From positions 5,334,001-5,398,000 of the forward strand of contig NC_045697.1 in assembly GCF_009834535.1 (NCBI RefSeq): a stretch of DNA of 64,000 nucleotides, given 5' to 3'. The position numbers and the translations under genes are program-made. This DNA comes from Camelus ferus (Eukaryota). The number at the start of each line of letters is the position of its first letter. Position 1 is the first letter of the stretch. The notes beneath the pieces are model-generated. The model saw only the letters and a list, made by a program, of their open reading frames with translations, had not been told where the DNA came from and ran no database searches. Positions 37,781 to 49,900 of this stretch are shown here, piece by piece.

Positions 37781-39397
37781 TACCACCCTCAGGATAGAAG
37801 AGTCGCTAAGGGTGTTCCAGAAAGGAACCCAGAAGATCTGAGGAAGCCAGGGTCACTAGACTTGCTGAGTTTATAGAAGGGGGAAATCCTTTCCGTGTCT
37901 GCAAGAAACAGTGATGTACCTCGGCCTTCAAGCGCCTGTAAAGGGCTGAGTAGGCCGATGAGTCTGAGACATTTTCAGGTGGGACACCCCTCTTTTGGGG
38001 ATGAAGAGGCCCAACTCGGGTTCTGGCCGTGCCTGTGTTAGCGCAGAAGCCAAGGACTCCCCTAGACTATCTAGTGCAGCAGAACTGCACTCCGAGGCAA
38101 GCTTGCTTTCTTTTCTTAGGGAGGGTAGTTGTGACAAGTTCAGACTGCGGCCCCAGCCTTCTGGACAGAACCTTTGGCGGAGCTGCCGCGGCTGCAGGAT
38201 CTGACACCCAGGGTACCCCGGAACTTGCCTGGCGCCAGCTGAGAGCCTGCCTAGAGTGCGTGGGCGCAACCCTTTGCTGTCCTGCAATTCCTAGGCTGAC
38301 CTCCCACCCCTGGAGATAAAAACGCCCGCAGGGCGCCCCAGACTCGGTTTCCCGGTTGTGTGAGACAGTCTCCGTCTGTGGAGAAGTCCATCCTCCGTAA
38401 GTCTAACGCCAAGTACTTCGGGTTTTGCTGTAGGGTTCCTTGGTCTGCTGTAGGCTGTTCGTTGCAAAGACTCACTGCAAAGGCTTCCAGGAGCTGCCCT
38501 GCGTGGGGTTGGGGAGCGCGGGACAGAGGTGTGGGGAGAGGGCGCAGATCTGGTGAAAATTAAGCCAGGGCCCCCAAATCGAAAGGGAACTGAGCAGCGC
38601 CTGGAACATAGTAGGCTTTATTTACTAGAGGTCATTTTCTGTGGTCAACATCCTTGCGCAATTGCCCCCAGAAGGCTAAACTTGGCACTTGTTCAAATAT
38701 ATTCTGCTAGCCTACATTTAACCTACTATATAAAAGAAAAACCAAGTTTGTAGGCAGGGATCCTGCAAAGGACACACCAAAGCGGGAAGTGTATGGTCAA
38801 CCCTGGGTTTTCAGTGAAGTGTTTTGTTTTGTTTTGTTTTGTTTTTTAAGGGGTTGTAATAAGGAGTGTGAAGGCGGTCACATTCTGGCAGCTCAAAATT
38901 AGTTCCACAAACCGCGTGTACACAGGCAGCAGCGATTTAGAGAAGCAAACCAGGGCCTCTCCATCCCCCACCTGGCCTCCTGTGGGAAAAACAGGTTTGT
39001 GGGGGTGGGAATTGTCTGGATTAGCTGTCTGCAGTCATCAAACCATTTGGGTGATTCGCTTTGTTTTCATAGACAGGTTAAAAGGGGAGAAAAAAGAAAG
39101 AGTCGGTTATGGGTCGCCTGAGCAAGTGTCGATTTCAGCTTAAAGTGAATTGGAAAATTGAGCCTAATTATCCTAGGTAATTGCTTCAATTCTCCACTTG
39201 ACTTTGCTAATGCAGATCTGTCCTGGGGTATGTTCAAAAAGACAGCCCCCTCTGTCCCTGAATATCTTGTCACCTTTGAAAAGTTGCTGGCGTCAAACTA
39301 CCATCAAACTGAAAGGCAATTGTATATGTGATGAGACGGCAAGAAGTAAAATTAAAAGACTAAATCAGTAAGATCATTTCTTGTAGCTTAAAATTAA

Positions 39398-39403
39398 TTT
39401 ATT
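39398..39403 (-). terminator. Main MSX1 polyadenylation signal AATAAA
   Basis: Plus-strand tttatt at 39398-39403 in the context TTGTTAAATAAATTAATTTTAAGCTACAA, followed on the minus strand by U-rich sequence. A second AATAAA at 39537-39532 could be a proximal alternative. Confidence 0.8.
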
Positions 39404-39847
39404 TAACAAATATAGCTATAATATAAATGATAATAAAATTTCAAATATACAGTATATTACAACAATCCCTTCCAAAGGGAATCTTGAGAGCCACCCAAAT
39501 GTACTGTTAAATAGAAACAGAATTTTTCGTTTTTATTTTACAATTTTTTTTTCCGGTACTGGTGAGAGAGAGGTCCCTTCTACCTACCTTTGTCGCGCAT
39601 CTCTGCATCCCTCCCCCCCAAAAGCAAATGTCCTGCTGTTACAGTTCCTAAGTTTTCCAATGGAAGGACCCAGGATCCAGGCATGTTCTTCTCTTTCTCT
39701 CTGACTGTTCTCATTTTCAAAATCTTCCAACACGAATTTTTCTGTGCTTTTCCTGCCTAGTGTCACGACAGGAGGCAACAATGCAGGAGACCTGGCCTCT
39801 AGTTCTGGTCCAACCACGAACTCTGCTGGGGACTGTGGATCCATTTC

Positions 39848-39935
39848 TCAACCTCTCTGGCCTCAGTTTCCCCATCTATAACACAAGGGGGTAGATCTAG
39901 ATTCTGGAAGAGCTTTATGGGACCCTTCTAGCCAT
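39848..39935 (+). mobile_element. MIR-family fragment inside the MSX1 3' UTR (antisense to the mRNA)
   Basis: aacctctctggcctcagtttccccatctataa...ggacccttctagc (MIR core plus a MIR3-like tail). Confidence 0.65.
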
Positions 39936-39999
39936 TCGGGGGAGGGGATCAGACTTCAGAGAGTGAACTCAGGGAGCAACCGAGGAAAAATCGGAGCAG

Positions 40000-42936
<2,937 letters not shown>

Positions 42937-43405
42937 TGGCCGGAGGCGGGGAGAAGCGGGGGTTCTGCATCCACGGGGTCCTCTCGGGTTTCTCGGGGCT
43001 CTCAGCTTTGACGAGGGCATCGTCTGGCAGCTTGAGGAGTCCTCCCACCGAGAAATGGCCGAGCGGTCGCGGCGAGGACGGCGCGTCTGGGGCGCCCAAC
43101 GACCCAGGCCGGGCGCCCAGGGGCTGCGCGGAGCCGCCCGCCGCCTGTGAGCCCTCGGAGGCCGCCAGGACGCTGTCCTTGGCCCCGGGCTTCCTGTGAT
43201 CGGCCATGAGCGCCTCCACGCTGAAGGGCAGAAGCGAAGGAGACACTTTGGGTTTGGCCCCCTCCTCGTCTGCGCCCATGGCGGCTGCCGTGGCCGAGGT
43301 GGTGCTGGGGGTCTGGCCCCCGCCGCTCCCCGCCGGCTTGCCGAAGGCGGAGTCCTCCACTTTGACACCGAGTGGCAAAGAAGTCATGTCAGCAGCCGGG
43401 GCCAT
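42937..43405 (-). CDS. MSX1: MSX1 coding exon 1 (469 nt, residues 1-156 plus 1 nt)
   Basis: ORF 42929..43405 translates [18 protein letters not shown]...[11 protein letters not shown]...[16 protein letters not shown], the MSX1 N-terminus. It contains the eh1 motif FSVEALM (43205-43225), the TPWM hexapeptide (42968-42979) and the SUMO-consensus motifs VKVE and VKAE. It ends at donor GCCA|GTGAGT (plus-strand actcac at 42931-42936). Confidence 0.98.
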
Positions 43406-43455
43406 GCAGAGCCGGGTCCCCCCTCCAGCCGCAGCTCGGGCCAGCCGCCGGGCAT
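43384..43455 (-). CDS. Candidate upstream overlapping ORF (23 aa, [23 protein letters not shown])
   Basis: The only AUG in the inferred leader (43455). It is out of frame with MSX1, runs across AUG1 and ends at TGA 43386-43384, overlapping AUG2. Translation is not demonstrated. Confidence 0.45.
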   Translation of the reverse strand: MPGGWPELRLEGGPGSAWPRLLT

Positions 43456-43640
43456 GAGCTTCGGACGGGTTGGGAGCGCGGCCGGCCTCTGGGAGCGCCC
43501 GGGGCCCTGGCCGGGCGGGCCTTCCCGCGCGCGCCTCCTGCCCCTCCCCAGAAGGCCAGCTCTGGCGCTCCGGGCCTGGTTCTCCGCTGGCGCCGCGGCG
43601 CAGGCCGAGTTCCCGGGCGCACTAGCCGGCTCCGGGTCGG
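43406..43640 (-). other. MSX1: MSX1 5' UTR (TSS approximate)
   Basis: Very GC-rich leader between the TATA-like element and AUG1; the TSS is inferred about 25-30 nt downstream of TTATTAA. Confidence 0.65.
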
Positions 43641-43659
43641 GCAGCCGCTCCCCAGAGAA

Positions 43660-43740
43660 CTTGTTAATAAGGCGAAGCCAGCGCGGCGGCGGCCAATCAG
43701 CGCGCGAGGGGGCGGGACCGGCGCGATCCATTGGGCCCCG
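43660..43740 (-). promoter_or_regulatory. MSX1 core promoter
   Basis: TATA-like TTATTAA (43670-43664), CCAAT boxes (43693-43697 plus; 43734-43730 minus) and a GC box GGGGGCGGG (43708-43716), all in a CpG island just upstream of the leader. Confidence 0.8.
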
Positions 43741-44779
43741 CTCCTGCGGACTTGCCCCGAGGCGCCCTGGGCCTGGGGGCGCGCAGGGCAGGGCCCGGCC
43801 CGCGGAGGGCAGAGGAGGGGAGGGGGCGCGCGAGAAACTTTCCTCCGAGCTAAAGCCCTGGCCGCCTCTCTCCGTGTGGGTCGCCCTGGGTCTCTATTTT
43901 TCTGTGTCTTGGATTCTCTCTCGCTCCTTTTCCTCTGCTCTCCCCTCTCCAACCCTTCCCTTATCGCCCCTCTTCCCCACCCCTCCCTTTTCCCTCTACT
44001 TTCCTGTTTCTCTCTCTTATCGCTCCTCTTACCTTTCTCTTTAGTCAGTTGCTGTCCGTTTCTCCCTAGTGAATAGTAGAGGATAGTTTGCCTACCACGA
44101 TAATTCGAATTGAGGCCATTTCTTACATATTCCTTTTTATAGTTTAAAAAACCTGCAGGGTTAGGTATTACAGTATAAAGACATAATAGTTTCTTTTTTA
44201 AACGCCTTCATTTCCTTCTGTTTCAATTTTCAAAACTTTACCTCTACGTGAAAGTGGACCTTTGTCTTCTAAGCACCTGACTGAAGTTTGCCTAAGCCAC
44301 GCTCCTGTGGTGCTATGAATGTTAAGAATAAGAATACATTGTTACCCGGAATCGATAATTGAGTTTCATACCTGATGTGCGCTTTCTCCTCTGTGAACTA
44401 CTTTTGGGAGGATTACAACACGTATACCAGCGACGGGCTTGGGGGAAGGAGTTAGTTCTTTTAATATAGAACTTAATGAATATAAAACCAACAGAAGGTC
44501 AAAAAACACTGATCTGGCCTTAACATGACCTCGAACAGCGCACCCGCAGAAACAATAACACCTCGCTGTCTCTGGATCGCTGATCTCGGTGGGGTGGTGG
44601 GACAGGCACATTTGGGAGAGAAGGCCGGGAAAAGATGACTGTTCTCGGGAGGATCCTTGGTGCTGGGCTGGAGAACTTTTATTTTGTCAGTTTCGGAGGA
44701 AACGTGATTTTATTTTTTGCTGTTAAAAAACATAGAGGCAAATGAGATGAGGGTGTGGGGAGAAGTAAGATTTACACAA

Positions 44780-46760
44780 AGTGGGGTCGGGGCTCGGCGG
44801 GTTTTCTGCGCCTCCTCTTTATGGCCTCTTATCCCGGGGCCCAGGCTGGCGGCTCCCGGGGAGCTAGCGGCGGTGATTGGCGGCTCTCCGGGACCGACCA
44901 TTGATGGCTGCGGGGTTCTAATCTCCAGGAAACACAAGGGGCTGCCGTGACCATTTAGGGGGTAATTATCCGAGCGCGGAGGGACAGCGAATTCCCTCGC
45001 CTTTTAACTGGGCGCAATAAAAACTGTAGATTAGGGGAGTCCAGATTAAGGAAAATGAATTACTAAAGCGGGAACTTTATTACCCGGACGGCGTCCGGGG
45101 TCTGGCGGGAGGGGTCGGGCTGCGGGGGCTGAGGCGGCTGGAAGCCTCACATACGTCCGCAGAAGCTCAGGCCCGGGGCGGGTTCGGGAATTCTCGGTCT
45201 GTGAAGTCTACGCCGCCTCTCCAGACTTCTTAGCCCCCGAGACTGCAGCACAAGCATCGGGCAGTGTTTAGGGCCCCCAGCTCGAGTCAGGCCCGGCTGG
45301 AGCCACGGCGCAGGGACACGGCCTCTCCAAAGGCACCAGGGACCAAGGAGAACAGTGTCCCTCCTCCAGGCGGGGAAACCGCGGCCCCAGAGGTTTGCCT
45401 GGGGGCACAAGGATGTAAGGCCATACAACCCAACTTTAGAGCTGAGTGATCTGCCGTTCAGCAAGGCCGTAGGCCCAACATCTTGCTAACAGCCTAGCCC
45501 GGATGGCCAACTTCTATTGCCCGCATTTCCAATTAAACTTTCCCTGGAACGGGCGAGCCGGAATCTCACTCTGTACTCGGATTAAAGAGGGAGAGGAAAC
45601 CGAGCCTTCTTGGCTGTTTAGGTCAACACTCAAAAAGTGAGCAGTGTGTCTTTCGGATGGGACCTACTTTGTTGCACCCTTGCCTCCCAGATCACCTTGA
45701 GAATCTGATACAACTAAGAACTTCCTAACTAGAAAACGCACATCAGCAGAAACAACTTCAAAGGCTCTGTAGCCACTTGGAGACCTCCAGATAAGGACCC
45801 TTGCTTTAGGGTGGAGCTAGGGCTCGAACTCCGAGAGTGGAGGCGCGCGGCGCAGAGGGGGCTAAAGGCTGTGTCCGGCGGGCGCAGCAAGGCCAGGCCG
45901 CAGGGCGGGGGCCGGACGGCCGGGCGGCGGGAGAAGGGCCGCATCGCTAATTGCGGGGATAAACAATCTGTCACGATTCCTCAGAGCGCCTAATAGGCAG
46001 ACGAGGATGTTGTTTTTAGGCGCCAGCGGCGGCCCGATCAAAGGCAGCAGCCGGCTCAGGGGCCCTTGAAGTCGAGCCCCCGCCTCCTGGGAGCAAACCT
46101 CCTAAGCCCGCAGCCCCCAGCCCTGCCGCCCGCCCCTCGGCTTCGCGAGCCCGTCCCGAACCCCATGGCATCCTTTTAGGTTCGGTCTGGGTTCGTGTCA
46201 GCTCTGGCTCGGCGCGGCGGATTAGCGGCAAGCACGCGTTGCAGAGCGAGAAGAGTGTCTGCCGAGGGAAGGGGATTCAGAGTGGATTCCACGTGGAATC
46301 CATGCTCAGATAGCGCGGAGCTCTTCCACTTATCTGCCCCTGGACTACGGAAGATGTCCACGGTCTCAGGGAAGGGAGTCAGAGAAAAGAAACAAAATGT
46401 CTATCTGTCCCCCGGGCGTGTTGTTCCCGCGGGAGGAAAGGCACAAGTTTGGGGCAGTGAGGGAGCATTCTCTGCTTTTATTTTTGTCTGGGCCTTTTCG
46501 GATTTCCCGGTCGGCGGGTTCCGAGAGCTGACGGCAGGGGTGCCGCGCCTGTTATCTCGCCGCCAGCACTAACCCCCAGGCGCTTCTACCCCCGGCATTT
46601 CTTCGCGCGGCCGCTGTGGCTAAGAAAGCCCGGCTGTAATTCATGCCTGGCAAGGGCAGGGCTGGCCCGCAGCAGATAAAGCTCGGGGACTGGCGCTGGG
46701 CTTCCGTCCTCGCGCGCTCCTCTCCCCTCCCCTCCTCGCCCGCCTTGCTCCATCTCCCTT
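44780..46760. promoter_or_regulatory. Upstream CpG island
   Basis: Dense CpG, GC-rich, non-repetitive. Confidence 0.8.
45930..46050. promoter_or_regulatory. Probable MSX1 proximal enhancer (~2.3-2.4 kb upstream)
   Basis: Dense motif cluster: CTAATTG 45947-45953, AACAAT 45962-45967, CAGAC about 45998-46002, GGCGCC 46019-46024 and TCF/LEF GATCAAAG 46036-46043. The distance fits the known Wnt/TCF-dependent Msx1 proximal enhancer of mouse. Confidence 0.65.
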
Positions 46761-47939
46761 CACTCTCGGGCATCTTAAAACCCTCCCCGTGCCCCAACAA
46801 AGCATCTCAGCATTTTGGCCCCTAAAGACGGTGTGTCCTGCGTCCCCTCACAGGGCAAGCTGGTGGTGGTGTCCCCCCCACCCCAAAAAACTTCCTATTT
46901 TACGGGACTGTGTGGTGCGAGAGGAAGGGTGGTGTTTTTTGACTACCCTCTTGTGGGCAAAGATTCGTTTTGAGAGGGATCCCATCTTAAAAGACCCCTG
47001 CCACTATCTGGGTATTGCGCACGGGTCGGAAGAGCTTGCAGGCGGTTCTCTCATTTGGGCATTCGTTGTCACCTCCCTTGGGTTTTTGTTTACGCCCCCT
47101 CCCCCCTTTCCCAATGCATTTTGTGGCTTCGACCCAGGAATCCCGCGTGCATTTTTAAACTGTGCAGCTCAGTGGGATCCCTCGGCAATTAGCAAGCCCC
47201 AAACAGTCCTCTTTAATAGAATGAATGTGCTATGAAAACCGATTACCCGGAACGATTTATTTTGGTGGGAATTCACCAATTTCCAGAAGGGCGACGGAGG
47301 GGGAGAGTGGGGAGGTATTTTGTCCTGAGGGAAGGGGGATTGACGGGTAGACAGAAAGCAGGACCCTGGGATACCCCAACCTGCGGAGGGGGCCTCCCGA
47401 CCCCGAGTTCTCCAGTCTTTTGGCCTCTGTAGCCTAGAAGTCAAACAGCCAGGAGTCAGAGGTTTACGAAACTGTCCGAGTCACTGATGGAGTCCTTCGG
47501 GAGGGTTTCATAGCTTTCCAGAGAAAGACTCTGAAGAGCAAGGAACTCCAGGAGTCTTCAGCTACTGCCTGAATATCCCAACCAAAAAGCTTTCTGCTTT
47601 CCCGGGACTTGGGCAGAACTTACGCCTTTCAAGAGTTTTGGTACCGTTCTTTAATGCGAAGTCAAAAAAAGCTACTTGTAAAAAAAAAACTTGTAAAAAA
47701 ATGTTTTCTCCTTCTTGCTAATTCCTCCGCTTAAATGGGCCCAGCTTGTGCGGTGGAATTGCCCAAGTGCGGTGAATTTCAGCCGGCGCCAGGGAGAAAT
47801 CCACAAGCCCGACTCCCTGCTTCTTCCCTCTTCCTGCCCTTCCCCCCTTGCTTCTTTCCTCTTGGTCAGGCCAGGGCTTCCTTGTGTCTTTAAATTCGGA
47901 AGGGGGTGAGGGGGCCTAGATCCGTGGGGGAGAGAGGGG

Positions 47940-48140
47940 GCCCCCCTTTCAAATGGCCCAAATTAATGTGATCGCGACATGAGGGTGCACTTGGGGAAGA
48001 TGAAAGCGGAGGCCGGCCGGCTCCTCCTAGAGCTCTATAATTATAGATAATATATCCCATTTCAAAGCAATTAGACCAATCAGGCGTAACGAACCACTTT
48101 GCTGCCGACGAATAACAAAGGCGCACGGTTATTTAAGCCT
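47940..48140. promoter_or_regulatory. Probable MSX1 distal enhancer (~4.4 kb upstream)
   Basis: AT-rich, motif-dense block: AATTAAT, TATAATTATA, TTCAAAG 48061-48067, CAATTAG 48068-48074, CCAAT 48076-48080, AACAAAG 48114-48120. The distance is comparable to the mouse Msx1 distal enhancer. Confidence 0.5.
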
Positions 48141-48374
48141 GGAGATGTCAGGCAGACCCCGAGGCTCCAGGGGCCGACCAAACGTCTTCCATCCTGACTC
48201 TGCCCACCCTGGGACGAGGAAGGCTCACCCTTCTCCCCCCAGGATCTGCCCAGCATCTCAGTTCTGGCTGGGGCCTGGAGGGGTAGGGGGTTGGAAGAAA
48301 TGGAAGGAAGAGAATTGACTGTTTTTGATCTGGGTGTCAGGGCTCTTGCCAGAGGTTTCACAAACTTTATCCGA

Positions 48375-48545
48375 TTTAATCCTCTCTACCCTGGGAGAGA
48401 GGTATTATTATAGGCTTTTTTTTTTTTTTTATCCCTTCCAGATGAGAGACTAGAATCAGAGAGGTTAAGCATCTTGCCCAGGGTCACACAGCTAGTTAGT
48501 GGTGGTGCCAGGATCTGGACACAGGTGGGTTGGAACCCCCACCCA
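48375..48545 (-). mobile_element. MIR SINE
   Basis: atttaatcctc...cagatgagagact...cagagaggttaag..tcttgcccagggtcacacagctagttagtgg. Confidence 0.8.
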
Positions 48546-49669
48546 CTCTTTTCACTCTTTGTAGTGGTCTCCTTCATTGGGCTTTCAAAGATGAAAAGCA
48601 TTAAAATACAGAGGATGCTGGCAGAATTTGGTGGCACCACTTCCCAGTCCCTCTCCCAATCCACAAAATGGGCTTTTGGTCCAGCACTTCCTACCCTTCT
48701 CTCCTACTCCTCCCCTTCTGTTGCCCACCACCTTCTCATGTCCTGAAAACTGTCCAGTTTTCCCATGAATTTATCGAATGTAGAAGATCTCAATTCTCTC
48801 CGAGAAGAAAACTGACCTAGGCTGTGAACTGCTTCACCAGCTAAGGGCCATTTTTTTTTTTCCTGAGCCTCTGTTTGTCAGCTTCAAAAGGGGCACACTC
48901 CTCCTCAGCTCAGATACGATGAGTTCAGTCCTCTGGCCACTGTGACTGCACCCTGGGGCCATCCCGCTGGACTCCGCACTGTGGCAGATTCCCAGCACTT
49001 CGAGCATGCATTCAGAGGTGTCTGGGGCCTTCCTCTGGATTTGCAAATTCCTCTCCTGTGGGACGATGTGGGATAGGGTAGGCTGGCCCTGCTTTGCGAA
49101 TAGAGGGAGGCCCAAGGTACCTGTACAGGTGGGGAACCTTGAATTCACCCCCAGCTCGGTAACCTGGGGAAAGAGGCAGAGCGGGAGGCCAGACAAGGAG
49201 GGGATGGGCAGGAACCATGATCAAGAGACAGGCAAAAAGATGCTCAGCTTCGGAGATGGCTGGAGGATATAGCAGATGGATACAGGGATGCTGACAGCCA
49301 AGCGTCTCCGCGATCCAAGCACTTCTAAAAGACCTAAATATTGAGTAGAATGGAAGGCAAGTTTGGGATGCCTAGGAAGGCCAGAGCTGAGACTGGGAAA
49401 GAGAGCAGTCTAGGGGCGCCCAGGAAGTGTCCTCTGAAGTGTGGCCCCCGCACCACTGGGCAGCCAACGGGACAATGCTGAGTGCTTGGCCGCAGAAGCC
49501 ACCCCTTCCGATTCCAGGAGTGGTCTCTCCAGACTGTAGAGAGGTGGGGGCAAAGTGGTCTGGGAGGCCCTTGGGAGCCTCTCAGCCTGACTCCCACCTC
49601 CGCCCCTCTCTCTCTGGGGTCTTTCCCTCAATTCCTGGCTTTTGACCTGCCTTTCCTGCATCTTCTTTT

Positions 49670-49900
49670 TCTTAGTCTTTCTCCCTCTCTCTCTCTGTGT
49701 CTCTCTCTGTCTCTCTCTCTCTCTCTGTCTCTCTCTCTCTCCTGTCTCGGTCTCTTTGGGTGAATCTCGTGGGTGGATCTCACAGCCTCTATCTCTTCAT
49801 CTCTCTGCTCTGTGTCATTCTCTGTGTCATTCTGTCTCTCTCCATTACCATGTCTCTTCCCTGGCCTCCCTGACTGTCCCTTTCTCACCGTCTCTCTCCT
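49670..49900. repeat. (CT)-rich simple repeat
   Basis: ctctctctctgtgtctctctctgtctctctct... Confidence 0.9.

Noticed and set aside
39466..39480. 3' UTR hairpin UCCCUU-UGG-AAGGGA as a Roquin CDE
   Set aside because: The loop UGG does not fit the pyrimidine-purine-pyrimidine triloop, and a 6-bp stem can arise by chance.
43196..44076. 282-aa and 234-aa plus-strand ORFs over the promoter
   Set aside because: Stop-poor GC-rich and pyrimidine-rich sequence with low-complexity translations.
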